64,000 bases of DNA from Octopus vulgaris (GCA_951406725.2 OX597815.1:22134001-22198000); one strand, 5' to 3'. Shown: positions 1 to 14,057, numbered from the stretch's first letter. Notes: a model not told the origin generated them from the letters alone. Made by a program: numbers and translations.

Positions 1-1089
1 CAATATGTCTAGTCTCATAAACCGAAATCCACTAATAAGAAAATCTATATGTTACTAGGAAATCTATTGATGTTTATATGTCATCAATCATTTTTCATAA
101 GTGATGCATTTGAAAGGTACGTGTGCGTCGTACAATCTTAAACAAGGTGTCTGGGTTAATACTATAACTCATTGTATTATTAGTGCATCATCAAATGTAT
201 TTCCATCGTGCACGATTTAAACTATGTTCAGGGCAAGACGTCTTCTCAGCTCAGTAACTGAAGAAGTGTCCTAGATTGATCTTAACTGTGATCGTAAAAA
301 CGAATTGGAGAAGTTACGAAACTTTCAGTACTTAAAATGTTACTGATTATAGAGGTAAATCATATACTTTGCGTTTTGCCAAGTTACAGCTATATAGACT
401 GAGTAACGCACTTTTAAATGTGTATCGTTAATTGTCTCTGTATGCGGCAACAATGCTAAGAAAAATGCATCGATCTCTTTGCCAGATGGGTAAAATTACT
501 CCGTCCACCTGTCAACTGGGCTATCTGCAACTGTCCATTTCATTAATATTTTTGTTTATAAATATTGCAACGATGTAGTATGTGTTGTTTGTAGCAATGC
601 TTAATAATATTAATGATATTAAAATAGCAATAAGAGGGTTTGTTTTCTTATTCAGTAGACACAAGATCTGTTTGTAGGAGAGGGAAATAGGTTGCTAAAA
701 TACGAAAGTATTTGCAAGTAGAGACAAAGGAAATGAAAGAGCGTCAGACAGATACCTTCTTTTCTTTCAACCTCAAGCAATTTACGTTCGCATTATTATT
801 CTTGCTGCTCTTTGAGTGTACTTTAGTTGAAAATTGTACATATGTGTGTAACATTTAAAGTAAAACAATAGAAATTTTGAAATTTCAGGTTTATATCTCA
901 CTAATTTCTCGCCTTCTGTATGAGAATATATATTATAGAATAATATTGAAACGCTTGTATGCGACTATTCAACGCATTCGTTAACTTTTGCCTCAGTAAA
1001 CATTTCCATTTTCACAGTTTCAGCTACGACTTTATTTCTATATTTGAATAAATATAATTGTTTCTATCGTATTTCTTTACAATCTGTAG

Positions 1090-1130
1090 ATGGTCATTCG
1101 GAGTGTTGTTGTGGGAAATCATAACAATGG
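1090..1130 (+). CDS. RET: RET receptor tyrosine kinase, internal exon (kinase subdomain IX: (V)WSFGVLLWEIITMG); upstream exons lie before the window
   Basis: ctgtAG|a tgg tca ttc gga gtg ttg ttg tgg gaa atc ata aca atg g|GTAAGT; 41 nt, phase 2 in and phase 1 out; matches vertebrate RET VWSFGVLLWEIVTLG. Confidence 0.93.
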
Positions 1131-1403
1131 GTAAGTAAATTTTTAATAAAATTTTTATATATTGTTTAATTTTTTTTTTTAACAAATATATTTTAATACA
1201 AGTCGTGGATCCTGCCTGTTTTAAACAATTGAACATTTGCCTGCAGCTTAACTTATAAAACTCGCTATAATTAAAGTTCTAATATTACCATATAATTTGT
1301 TTTAAAAACTGTAGGTTTCCGAATTGTTAGTGTTAGAGAGTATTTGTTTGTTGCTGAAGCTTACCACAGGGACATATCTACAATAAAAACTAATTTTAAT
1401 GAA

Positions 1404-1819
1404 GGCGGCGAGCTGGCAGGAACGTTAGCGCGCCGCGGGAAATGCTTACCGGTATTTCGTCTGCGTTACGTTGTGAGTTCAAATTCCGCCGAGGTCGACT
1501 TTGCCTTTCATCCTTTCGGGGTCAATAAATTAAGTACCAGTTACGCACTGGGGTCGATGTAATCGACTTAATACCTATGTCTGTCCTTTTTTGTCCCCTC
1601 TGTGTTTAGCCCCTTGTGGGTAATAAAGAAATAGGTATTTCATCTGTCGTTACGTTCTCAGTTCAAATTCCGCCAAGGTCGACTTTGCCTTTCATCCTTT
1701 CGGGGGTCGATAAATAAAGTACTAGTTTCGCACTGGGGTCGATGTAATCGACTTAATCCATTTTGTCTGTTCTTGTTTGTCCCCTCTATGTTTAGCCCCT
1801 TGTGGGTAGTAAAGAAATA
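1404..1819 (+). mobile_element. tRNA-derived SINE family A (GGCGGCGAGCTGGCAGAA head), dimeric copy
   Basis: A-box-like TGGCAG and B-box GAGTTCAAATTC; central GACTTTGCCTTTCATCCTTTCGGGGTCGATAAA; second unit starts at 1634; flanked by imperfect TSD aataaaaactaattttaatg. Confidence 0.9.
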
Positions 1820-1931
1820 AATAAAAAACTATTTTTAATGTCTTTATCAAACCTGCTGTCAACAGGCAATGTGCAAAGGTAAGTTCAATGCTGCGGACAG
1901 GAAACTATAAAATTGACAGGATCTTCATTAG

Positions 1932-2359
1932 CTTGCAGTGTTGAGTTCAAATCTCCCTCTAAGCGTAATCAGATTATTGTTAGCAACGACGGAGTAAGTG
2001 CCTATATTATAGAAAACTTGCAGTGTTGAGTTCAAATCTCCCTCTAAGCGTAATCAGATTATTGTTAGCAACGACGGAGTAAGTGCCTATATTATAGAAA
2101 ACTTGCAGTGTTGAGTTCAAATCTCCCTCTAAGCGTAATCAGATTATTGTTAGCAACGACGGAGTAAGTGCCTATATTATAGAAAACTTGCAGTGTTGAG
2201 TTCAAATCTCCCTCTAAGCGTAATCAGATTATTGTTAGCAACGACGGAGTAAGTGCCTATATTATAGAAAACTTGCAGTGTTGAGTTCAAATCTCCCTCT
2301 AAGCGTAATCAGATTATTGTTAGCAACGACGGAGTAAGTGCCTATATTATAGAAAACTT
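1932..2359 (+). repeat. Tandem minisatellite, 5 identical 85-bp units
   Basis: Unit cttgcagtgttgagttcaaatctccc...tatattatagaaaa starts at 1932, 2017, 2102, 2187 and 2272. Confidence 0.95.
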
Positions 2360-2989
2360 ATCTCTTTCGACCGGACGACAAACATAAGGACGTGTGATGA
2401 AAAATGTACTTCGAATTAGTTTCCTCGCCAATTTATAAAGACAATAATTCACCTCAATAATAATAATAACACTGACGTTCTTTACTCTAATATATGTTGA
2501 CTGAGTGTTTCTGTTCACTAGAGTAATTTCATATTCCATGTAAATCAAACAAGGCTGTCATTTTCTTCTCCGGTGATATATTGTTTCAATGAATAAATTT
2601 ATTGCGTATTATTATATAAATACCTAACATTTTATTTATTGTACATTCTGGAACTACCTCGTTAATATCATTATCACTATGTCAAAAGATTATTAATGAA
2701 ATTAATGAAAATACGTTTAATTTCAATTTGGTGTGGGACTGTCATTTAAATGATGTATGTTTGCGATTGTAATCGAATTTGACCTGAAATAATTATACGT
2801 TAGGAAGTTTAAAAACAGCCATACGTTTCAAGGAGCTAAAGCATTATCATCTTCTATACAAATAAGATTATCTTACGTATCAATAAGTTAACAAGAGTGA
2901 TTTTATTTCAGCTTTCCAATAAAAGTTTCTGATGCAAAAATATCTCATGAAGCCTATAATATTTTTACCTTCATGCTTGTCCGTTATGC

Positions 2990-3037
2990 TATATATATAT
3001 ATATATACATACATACCTACATACATACATACATACA

Positions 3038-3073
<36 letters not shown>

Positions 3074-3200
3074 TGTATATATATGTATATATATGTATAT
3101 GTATATGCATGCATATATATATGAATATATATATGTATATATATGTATATGTATGTATATGTATGTATTTGTGTGTGTGTGTGTGTATACATACATATAC
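2990..3200. repeat. Compound microsatellite (TA)n/(CATA)n/(TG)n
   Basis: Direct inspection; explains the overlapping YI/HT/VC ORFs. Confidence 0.95.
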
Positions 3201-3379
3201 AAATATTCTATAATTATAAACATAATTATAATTAGGGGTCAGCTAATTGCTTCAACACGCACCGAATTTAGAAATAGGAGTTAAAATTACTTTTCTCCTA
3301 CCATAAAGATCTCCCAGATAGTAATACACTTTTTTACGTAGGCAAAAAGACAAAATAAAGAATTCACACGGCTCAGATT

Positions 3380-3730
3380 AGCTACATACGCCTACCAATG
3401 ATCATCATGTATGGTGAGCTCAAGCGTTACAAGAACTGGTTTAAGCAATCCCTTAGCGTTTGTGATATTGATTATCGTGAGTAGTCCACTCTAACAGCTA
3501 GCTGACCGTGCTGCTAGGAGCCATACCATCAGCAATGCTGTTTCCTGCTTTGAGATCTCTCGGAGTGCCTCTCTTGAAGACAAATGTCAGAAACGAAAAA
3601 AATAATACAGCTGTATCATCAGACCCTGGAAAATCATACCTCTGTCATCATTGCAATCGGGTGTGTCGATTCCATATCGACCTTTTCAGCCATGAACCAG
3701 CGTGGACAACAACCTTCCAAATCTTCATCT
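3380..3730 (+). mobile_element. RTE-type LINE 3' fragment with terminal C2H2-like finger
   Basis: Disrupted RLPMIIMYGEL..KRYK..LK.SL and [19 protein letters not shown] motifs typical of RTE ORF ends. Confidence 0.7.
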
Positions 3731-3770
3731 ATATATACACACACATATATATATATATGTTTATATATAT

Positions 3771-3824
<54 letters not shown>

Positions 3825-3870
3825 GTATGTGTATAAATATGTATTTATATGTATATGCACATATATATGC

Positions 3871-3960
<90 letters not shown>

Positions 3961-4059
3961 CTATATCAATGAGTGTAATATTTTTACACCATTCCAATAT
4001 ATTTTTGCAGAGTTTCTACCATTACTTTAAAGCCGTGTGATTCCTGGGGAGAGTGTGAT

Positions 4060-5420
4060 ATCGCAAAACTCAAGTTTTCTTTCCCTGCAAAGATATAACC
4101 TGACTTTTGGGAACACGTGATGGGTTCCAATGGAAACCAAATGTTGCTATTGTTATGCCTTCGCAGTTGGAGGTGTATAATCCGCCAAAATATTTGATGT
4201 TATTTAGATTGATAATGATGTGTATTTGGATAACAATGTAGTGTCATTCTGTGGTATTGTCGATGTGATTATATATGTAGTGGTAAGGATTGTCAGTGGG
4301 GGAGGGGGTCTACTTCAGAAACCTCGTTTATAGTTCTTTTATGTTACGGAACCAAAGTATTCTATGAAATAAAATAAACTTAATTCCTGTAGAAAGTCTT
4401 AGCGCAGGTAGTTTATAAATGTATTCTGAGCGCGCAACCTTAACTGAACAGATGTATGATTAAATGTATCCTAGCTCTACCTTCTTTGTAGGTCTATATC
4501 GGGCTATACTATATAACGTGTCCTTCCTTGCTTAAGATCATATAGTAAGATATGAGAGCTATTTTATTCCTATTTCTAGCAGCTTTAATGCCCATAATGA
4601 GGCTCCATCTTTGGATCGCTGTGTCTTGTGCATCAACATGGATGTATAGTTACTTGCATAACGTTTTGTATTTCCATGTTGTGATATTTGTTTTCAATCT
4701 ACTAAATGCTATGCCTGCGAGTTTTCTGTGTCTCCACGACTAGCATGGCTGAATGAATAAGAAGCTTCTTTCTTAAGCAAAGGGTGTTGGGTTTGATCCT
4801 AAAGCGTAGTAGCTTGGGCGGACCCAAGCTTTGCACTGGAAAATTGAGTAGATGGAAACCGTGCAATTGCCCGTTCGAATGGAGTTTTACCTGTATTTCA
4901 AAGGTCCACGTTGTCACACACTGTGTCACGCCAATTTTGCCTCTAGGATCACTTTAGAGTAATCCTGTGATACCCGAGACATCCGTAAATGTATTTAAGA
5001 AGTACTCAGCCACTTATATGGGGATTCAATGAGCAAGTAGTTTAGTTAATTGAACAACCGAATTCTCATCGTCGAAACCGAATGAAATCCATTCATTTTT
5101 TATACATTCTTTACTATACCCCTACTTTACATGGGCTATGAGCGTTTAAAGCTGTTGTACTTATTGCCTTAATCGTATTTTTGTTTTGTGAATTACTTTC
5201 GTCTTCTACGTTGTTAAGAGTGAGGTTTAGCTATATTTGATGTTTTCTCGAAGGGAGCGGTACATTTGTTTGATATTTCTTTACGTCCGTTTCCTTGCAG
5301 TGGTGTCTCTAGTTGTGTGAGGTAGGATTGAGGTTTGCTGCACAGTTATATTCTGGTAAATGAAGAAACGATACGATACAGATGTCATCTGCATATGCAT
5401 TTTATCTATTTATTTCCTTG
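4060..5420 (-). mobile_element. Highly decayed LINE reverse transcriptase remnant, interrupted by an old SINE at about 4740-5090
   Basis: Minus strand NAYADDICIVS near 5370-5402 and IKYFG (KYLG-like) near 4185-4200. Confidence 0.45.
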
Positions 5421-6544
5421 TAGAATCACGCAGTAAAGCGCCGAACCACATAAACGACATCAGTGGCTATTGTAATTTCGACTGTGGCATATCCAAGCAA
5501 TCTATCACCATCTCCAATGACTTTTAAATCACGGGGATCAAAGCTTAAGTTTTCACAAGATCGTCGAGTTAATTAGGAAAACATTGGGTTCCTTATAAAG
5601 ATGTAATATTTAACAATATATCAAGATAGATTTAAGACTGACATCTAATTATAAAGTGCTTTCATTAAAACTTTCCGATCTAAGCAAACGTCTCTACATG
5701 TTCAGCTTCACCTACAAACTAAACAATGCTACTTGCTAATGTTTTGACAGCTAATCAATTGATATTAACGCTTCAAAACTCAGCATAAATCAATCCATCT
5801 TCCTATCAATGTGTGTCTACCTATCTAATCATCTATCTGTGAAGCTGTTCAATCTTCTTTTTTGTTGTATGTATTTCTTTCTAGCTATTTATATCTGCAT
5901 GTGTATGTGCATACATACATACATACATACATACATACATACATACATACATACATACATACATCTGTGTGTGCGAATACATAGATATATATGCATATAT
6001 ATATATGTACATATATTTGTGTGTGTGCGCGTGTGTGTGTGAAGTGAGACAGAGTGGGAGAGAGCACAGAAAGAATGGAAAGTCAAAGAGGAACACAGAA
6101 ATAATTTCGTAGAAATGTTGGCAGACAGAATGAAAAAAATAGACAAGGTGAAAATGGATAGAACGTCTTTGATTTTATACTTGTTCAACCAGGACTGCTC
6201 AGGGCTAAACAACGTCGTTTCTAGAGTATGAAAATCACTGAGAGGTATGTGACATTTTTAGCACCGTAGAGAGTATAAAAACGGGGAACATTGCGACAGT
6301 ATTATTGACTCAAACAGCATTGATTTTCATTAACATGTATGTATTATGTTAGTTAAAAAAATCTCTTTAGATTGAGATATAACCAAACTAATTAACGGAT
6401 ACTTGATCTAAATTTTATGCCACAAAATTACTTTCTTTAATGCTTACTTTTTAAGAGGTACAATTGTTGTCGGATTTTATGCTTCTTACTTTATAAACAG
6501 CTTTACTTGATGAGCACGCTATAACGTATTGTCAAACTCAAAGA

Positions 6545-6655
6545 ATGAAGACTAGAATGTTCACCAGCGTGTCTGGTTTAAAAAGCCACATCAGATGCCA
6601 TGATGGTGCTAAGGTGTACGTACAGGAGGTGGTCATAAGGAGTAGACAACCACCA
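6545..6655 (+). mobile_element. RTE-type LINE extreme 3' end
   Basis: SVSGLKSHIRCH, similar to the zinc-finger end at 34420-34790. Confidence 0.5.
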
Positions 6656-6667
6656 TATGTATATATA

Positions 6668-6710
<43 letters not shown>

Positions 6711-7071
6711 TGTCTTACGTAATTTCCAGCAGTCGATGATTAAAGCATTTATCCATTTCGACAACTGTCATGAGAGCATTTGAATTTAGTGCATGAAGAA
6801 AGAAGATATTACCTATTATTACGATATTGATCCTAGCTACAATGTTAAACAAATTAGCATAATCATCTTATGTGTTCACTTCTTTCTTTGAGAGTTCAAT
6901 ATGTTGGTTATAATCACGATATGCAGACCTCTTTGCTTATTGTCTAATAACTTATTTCTCATAAAGTTTTAACGAATTGCTACATGCTTTAATGAATAAT
7001 AGTGGCAATAATTATAATAATTATAATAATTTCTATGTTGGAATTTTAAAAATATACTTCTTGCTTTGTAG

Positions 7072-7168
7072 GTGCAAACCCCTACCCAGGTATTCCACCA
7101 GAGAGACTTTTCAGTTTACTAAAAACCGGATACCGAATGGACAGACCAGAAAACTGCTCAGATGAAAT
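7072..7168 (+). CDS. RET: RET exon: (G)[31 protein letters not shown](I)
   Basis: ttgctttgtAG acceptor and GTACGT donor; 97 nt; peptide is nearly identical to human [35 protein letters not shown]; phases join the flanking exons. Confidence 0.95.
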
Positions 7169-8067
7169 GTACGTATAAAATCATTACTATTATCAAATGA
7201 TAACTATTAATATTTCATATATTCTGCTATTATAAAAGTTTTACGAGATGCAATGGAATGTCTAGCTGTGTCCGTGGCCATATTACTTGATTTGATAAAT
7301 ACTTCATCGGTGTTAATGGAAGATAAATTGTTATAATAATATTTTCATTCATTATTGTGATAAAATTTAATATATTCTTCGATAAGAATTTTCATCTGGA
7401 GGTCAATGATACGGAGAGTAGGTGCCGTGCAGCTCATTGCCATGAGGCAGAGGGGTAACGTCTGCTATAAATTCAGGTGTGGAATATTGATCCGCTGCAG
7501 GATTTTCTCTGATGTATTATAAGTCTTTAGTTGTGAACCAATAATATAAAGAGGAGCAAGACACACTTTTACTCATATATTTGTTAATACGAGGCAAAAT
7601 TTGGTATTCTTTAAAAACATAATGACTGACATTTAGAGGAAATGTATTTTTTTTTTATTTAATCGGAAGAGAGAGAAAGCCTTTGAATAATGCAGTTCAT
7701 ACGTTTGATGGTCAATCTGTAATCTTGTAGAGTGTGCAGGGACAAAATTCTGGGAAAGGAAGATCTAGAGCAGAAAGAATTTGGTGTGTAGTTTGGAGTG
7801 TGGCAGTGTTAGAATTATGAGATGTGAGACATCTTATATGGAATGTAGTAATAGAATTACACACCGCAGTTATTGATGGACGATAATATTTTCCCGTGTG
7901 TTGCAGTTTGTATCTTTTGCCCGCAGGACTGCAGTTGGTTATGAGCTTTTGTTGAATGAGCAACGTGAAATGCTATTCTCAAAAAGTATGTAGCAGAAAC
8001 CTACTGCTCCGCCTCTTATGGATTACAAGTGAAATATACTTGTTACCAACCGTATATTAATCAATGT

Positions 8068-8428
8068 GGAGGCGCAATGGCCCAGTGGTTAGGATCGCGG
8101 TTTCGATTCCCAGACCGGGCGTTGTGAGTGTTTATTGAGCGAAAACACCTAAAAGCTCCACGACGCTCCGGCAGGGGATGGTGGTGATCCCTGCTGTACT
8201 CTTTCACCACAACTTTCTCTCACTCTTACTTCCTGTTTCTGTTGTACGTGTATTTCAAAGGGCCGGCCTTGTCACTCTCTGTGTCACGCTGAATATCCCC
8301 GAGAACTACGTTAAGGGTGCACGTGTCTGTGGAGTGCTCAGCCACTTACACGTTAATTTCACGAGCAGGCTGTTCTGTTGATTCGGATCAACCGGAACCC
8401 TCATCGTCGTAACCGACGGAGTGCTTCC
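8068..8428 (+). mobile_element. tRNA-derived SINE family B (GGAGGCGCAATGGCCCAGTGG head), tail type 1
   Basis: A and B boxes (TGGCCCAGTGG, GTTTCGATTCC); 14-bp TSD atattaatcaatgt. Confidence 0.92.
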
Positions 8429-9127
8429 ATATTAATCAATGTAGAATTCCAACAAGCTGCTTAAAGGAAAAGAGTTTCTGTGTTGCAAGATGTGGTAGTA
8501 TTGGTGTCTCGTTTAAACAGTTGATAAAATAGGATCACACACAGTTGCTAATTGAGTAAGGGTTGCATTTAAAAGTGAGAAAAAGGTCAAGAGCGATTTA
8601 AAAACCCTTTTGTCATTTTTTCTTTTGTTCGGGTTACAGATAGGTGAGGTGGCTAATTAGTTTGAGCGTCTTAAAATAAAGATAAGCTTCCTTGTGATCT
8701 TAGACTGCAATGTAGTTCCAACTCATTATTGTAATCATTTCTCAAAGTGTTGACATGAAGGTTTAATGCGCTTATTCTCCAAAAGGCTGCAACAATAAAG
8801 GCTGCTGCTGTCTTTTAGCGATATTAGCTAGCTTTTAATTCTTTAAAAATTGAACAAATCAATCTAAAGCAAATACTCGTACGCATGCATATATTACATA
8901 TATGCGTGTAAAATCGCATATAAGGCATTTTCCCTTACCTTTTCTTCTCGTGACAGATCTTTGCACTAAGTAATAAACGCCAACGGTAAGATATCATTGG
9001 AACAGTTTGTACGATGATAATTAATTTTGTATAATGACACCAGGAAAAATTCAGCTTAGAATTAAAGACACGCCATGCATTCCATGTACTAATCACTATC
9101 GATTACGTTCATTGTTTTCTCATATTT

Positions 9128-9359
9128 TATCTTTTACTTGTTTCAGTCATTAGACTGCAGCCATGCTGTGGTACTGCCTTGCAGAATTTCTAGTAAAATA
9201 AAATGACCCCAGTACTTATTTTTTATAAACCTGATACTCATTCTATCGGTCTCTTTGGTCGAGCCGTTAAGTTGCGGGGACGTAAATACACCAACACTAG
9301 TTGTCAAGAGGTGGTGGGGGATAAACACAAAGGAAAATGCACATAGATATATATACATA

Positions 9360-9400
<41 letters not shown>

Positions 9401-9480
9401 GGCTAGCTTCTTCCACTTTCCGTCTACTTAATGCAATTACCAGGTCTTGGTCGACCCGAGGCTATAGTAGAAGACACTTG
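9128..9480 (-). mobile_element. SINE family C (internal microsatellite), diverged and 5'-truncated
   Basis: Reverse-complement similarity to the full copy at 49486-49890. Confidence 0.8.
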
Positions 9481-9990
9481 ATGTTATTCATATGACTTTT
9501 TTTATACGACTTTTGGCAGCATTTTCGTTTCTTAAATTTTTATTTACAATAGACATAAACAATCCAAGTTTAAACTTCTTGTCTTCATATATCGAAATAT
9601 CTTGTGCATTGTCAAACCAAACAATTATATATTTACGAGGGAATAAACATTTTCGAAGTAGACGGACGTTTTACCGTAAACACCTCATGAAAGGAACTGT
9701 GGACTATGATTCTGCATTTTATGAAAATGTATTTTACAATATCCTGCAACGTAAATGGTTACTACATGGATAGATTTACAAAAAAGACCTAATGAACATA
9801 TTGAAGGAACATATTTTGAACATCACCATGAGCATCAGTTAAAGAATAGCAAACTTTATAAACGCTACATTACATCTGATTACTGGTAAACGTAACTCCC
9901 AAAGATTTGCGCTTCATATAATGAAACTATATGCATAAAAAAAAAATTCCACCCACTTTGTTATAGTTATGAATTCTACATATGATATGT

Positions 9991-10288
9991 GGAGGCGCAA
10001 TGGCCCAGTGGTTAGGACAGCAGACTCGCGGTCGTAGGATCGCGGTTTCGATTCCCAGACCAGGCGTTGTGAGTGTTTATTGAGCGAAAACACCTAAAAG
10101 CTCCACGAGGCTCCGGCAGGGGGTGGTGATCCCTGCTGTACTCTTTCACCACTCTTTCTCCCATTCTTTCTTCTGTTGGCCTGCTCGCTTAGCCAGCGGG
10201 GTGGCGTCATTCGAAGGCTAAAACAATGCGAACGCATTGTGACCAGCGATGTGTAACTACATCTGATGGACTGGTCGGTCACGTGATC
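9991..10288 (+). mobile_element. SINE family B head with a different tail (type 2, ending ggtcacgtgatc)
   Basis: Head matches 8068 and 14058; 3' half is unrelated; TSD acatatgatat. Confidence 0.9.
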
Positions 10289-10463
10289 ACATATGATATA
10301 ATTAGAAACGTTTGCAGCCTAAACTCTAGCAGATATTTTTGACGATTCTACAACGTATATCGACACACATATAACGACACACTAACGAAAAATGGATTTA
10401 GCGAGAAAATCGCATTCAATAATACACACACGCACACATACACACACACACGACACACACACA

Positions 10464-10535
<72 letters not shown>

Positions 10536-10715
10536 GAAAATAGGACAAGATAGAAGATGCTAAAATAATTTTTTCATGAAGAACATTTTACTACTGGTTT
10601 TCAAAAAAACATTTCATTTAATTTTTCTACAATTTAATTGTTTCGCAAAAAAAACGGTACTAAAATGTTCTTCATGATAAAATTATTTTAGCCTTTTTTA
10701 TCTTGTTCTATTTTC
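10536..10715. repeat. Imperfect inverted repeat (arms of about 58 bp) abutting (TA)n
   Basis: gaaaataggacaagatag...gaagaacattttactac versus gtactaaaatgttcttcatg...tatcttgttctattttc. Confidence 0.75.
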
Positions 10716-11050
10716 CTTACACATATCAACTCCTGTGTTACTTTTCACCCTTCTACATTTGTGTGTGTGTGTGTGTGTGTGTGGACTGGATTGGATTGCC
10801 CTTGTTCAGTTCACCGCAGGACTTGGGCATCAGCATGCTCTCTCCACCAACCACTAACCACGATATGATATGGAGGCCGTGAATTTGAACTTGCGATCAT
10901 ACTGGTTTGATGAGTCTACTCTGCTCGACATGACTTGGTAGAAGCATGCTGTGTTTATACTCCTGCCCAGTGCTACCATTAAGCATTTCTCTAGCATATA
11001 CACACATATATATATATGTATGTGTCTGTATGTGTGTGTGTTTGATAAAT

Positions 11051-11096
<46 letters not shown>

Positions 11097-11289
11097 AACT
11101 TAATTTATCGCATAAATACAAGATCCCATGAAGACTAATATAAGTCTCTTCTCTATATGGCAACATCTTCACATACACGTTTATGTAAACGTGAATATCT
11201 GTTGCATGATAAGCCAGTGGAAATATAGAATATATGGAACAATTATGAACCGCCTTTAATTCAAAACTACATTTTCGCTTTGCTTTCAG

Positions 11290-11389
11290 TTACGCCATAA
11301 TGCAAAAATGCTGGAAAACAGAGCCTGCTCAACGCCCATCATTTGGAGACTTGGCAGATATTTTGGATCGACTACTTCAAGAAAGAACA
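11290..11389 (+). CDS. RET: RET exon, end of kinase domain: YAIMQKCWKTEPAQRPSFGDLADILDRLLQERT
   Basis: tttcAG acceptor and GTACGT donor; 100 nt; CW...RPxF kinase subdomain XI; overlaps ORF 11300..11503. Confidence 0.95.
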
Positions 11390-12984
11390 GTACGTCGCTT
11401 CTTTTTTCCTTACATTAATTTTATCACCGTAAATCAAGAGACATGGCGGTATGTTTCAATAAATGCTGAAGCCATCCCAGTTAACGTAAGTCTCTATCAA
11501 TAGAGGCTTGAATTTCATTTATCTTTACTTGCTTAATTTTTCAAATATGAAAGCTTTCTATTTATTCTTTAAGGAATCACTACTTAGGCTTATATAAAGT
11601 GGTGGTAAATGTATATTAGGTGCAAGTGAACCGATAACGTCATCCATTTTCAAATATAGGTTGAAAATATTTACCTTAAATTACGACTTCAATACTATAT
11701 TTAATCCTTTTTGAAAACTCACCAGTTATATTCACTCCTCTTTGAAAACCCGCCAACTTTTTCTTTATGAGTATAACGAAAGCATGACTCCTTTCAATTT
11801 CTTACTAATGTATTCCCATTAAATCAATATTTGATATACTGCATATTATTTAACAAGAATACTAACTTCTTATTCATATGTTGGATTTCAGCTTAAAAAC
11901 TATCTACTGTAATGAATATCTAAACAATTGTATTTTCTACATACACAATCTACTACAACAATTCAGCAGATGTTACACTGAAGTATCGTAAATATAACGC
12001 AACAGCTCGATGGGCTCATTGATGCCGAGTATCACACAGGTTTATTCATGAGAAATGTCTTTCAGTGACTTGGTCCTCAATGCTATAATACTTCGTCTTC
12101 AAAATGCAACAATACTAGTGTATTAAAAATAATGCATCATTTTATGACATTCTTCAATATACCTAAATCGAAGAAGAAGTGATTTTCTGAAATATCTTTT
12201 CCCTGAATTGTTGGAATAAAATTTTCTGTGTGTATTAAAATATAGCGTGCGACAGCAAGTTTGGAGGAAAAAATATTTCATTTTAATTAATATTTTTCTT
12301 TTGTTTTAGTAAATGTCGCATAGTTTGTAAACTATGTATTAATGCATTCTAAAATTCATCTAAGATTGTCTTGCAAAAGACAATCTCTTGCGATGTTGAT
12401 CTCAGCAAGGTTTATTATTACTATTTTACTTCAATTGGTTAAGCCTTTTCCCTCCTCAAGATCCATGAAGCTGTACCTCGATATAATTCTTCGAAACATC
12501 TTGAACAAACATCCATTGTCATGTCAGTCGAATGGATAATTGAGTCGTATATGTAGGTTTCTATGCGAACTATATATACCTCACAGACCTTAACAACAAA
12601 TAGAAAATCTCTGAAGAATATCTGAAAATGTAAAAATGGACATTAACGTTACAATGCACCTATAAAAAAATTAGCAGACATAGCAGGAAATAGACCTGTG
12701 ACAATGGATACATAATAAGAGACGTTAGATTAACTGGACTATTCTAAAATGAAGCCCTGCCTAATAATGGTGGAGATTATACATGTTTATATATGATGTC
12801 AAACACCAAATTTGGCATCTGTGTAAATATTCATCATAAGCGAATATATTAAAAAAGCAACATATATGTATTTTTGATTATAAATAAATAATCTCGATTA
12901 TTTTTTTGAAAAACATTACTACAATGGTGTAAATTATTATCTCATTGTGATATTGAAATAACAATAACTGATGTTCCTTTACAG

Positions 12985-13063
12985 GGTTACTTACAGATGG
13001 ATGGTTTCCTGAAAAAGAATGAACGAGGAAACGGATTCAGTACTCCAAATAACAAACGGAGAG
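12985..13063 (+). CDS. RET: RET C-terminal tail exon: GYLQMDGFLKKNERGNGFSTPNNKRR(G)
   Basis: ttcctttacAG acceptor and GTAAAT donor; phase 0 in and phase 1 out; GYLQM sits where vertebrate RET has DYLDL (Y1015). Confidence 0.8.
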
Positions 13064-13341
13064 GTAAATACTATTTGAAAAATATATCCGCGTCTTTCTT
13101 TTTGTCGTTAGAGAGTCGGGTGAAATGCCTTATTGTAGGAGTGTGTTTTGGGTACAAATTCAGCTGTCGATTGGTTTAACGCCACAGCATGGTTAATGAA
13201 TACCTTTAGCGGTGTCTACTCCGTTGCAAGAATTCGGTTTAGGTCACCAGTTTGAGGATACTTTCCAATCTTGGATGTTGTATAAAGTGTCATGACCATC
13301 TCCTGACTAAAAGATAAACACATGCGCCCCCTATATATATA

Positions 13342-13751
13342 CTCTTTACTCTTTTACTCTTTTACTTGTTTCAGTCATTTGACTGCGGCCATGCTGGAGC
13401 ACCACCTTTAATCGAGCAACTCGACCCAGGGACTTATTCTTTTGTAAGCCCAGTACTTATTCTATCGGTCTCTTTTGCCCAACCGCTAAGTAACGGGGAC
13501 ATAAACACACCAGCATCGGTTGTCAAGCAATGCTAGGGGGACAAACACAGACACACAAACACACACACGCATATATATATATATATATACATATATACGA
13601 CGGGCTTCTTTCAGTTTCCGTCTACCAAATCCACTCACAAGGCTTTGGTCGGCCCGAGGCTATAGTAGAAGACACTCGCCCAAGGTGCCACGCAGTGGGA
13701 CTTAACCCGGAACCATGTGGTTGGTAAACAAGCTACTTACCACACAGCCAC
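13342..13751 (-). mobile_element. SINE family C, near full length
   Basis: tRNA-like head, CORE-like ccttgggcgagtgtcttctactatagcctc, internal (TA)n(TG)n, tail gctccagcatggccgcagtcaaatgactgaaacaagtaaaagag. Confidence 0.92.
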
Positions 13752-14057
13752 ATATATATATATGTATATGTATGTATATGCTATGCATACACACAAAAAA
13801 ATTGTTAGTTTTTCTGTTGACGTACGCAGCAGAAGACGAAGGACTTGAACCAGCGATGAGACGCTTTGAGATTCAGACAACGCATATTATAATCGAAAAG
13901 TGGATGAAAATATGATAATGATGATATCAGATTAACAAATAATCTCTATTAATATCTAATAATTTTTGGGTTTCATGCAGTTCCTTAATGTCTAACTGCG
14001 ACATGGCAAATAGAGCATAATGATTGGACTTAGTTGTTTCGTAGTATCATTCATGGT

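Noticed and set aside
1932-2359. CRISPR-like regular array
   Set aside because: Units are identical end to end with no unique spacers; there are no cas genes and the context is a eukaryotic intron
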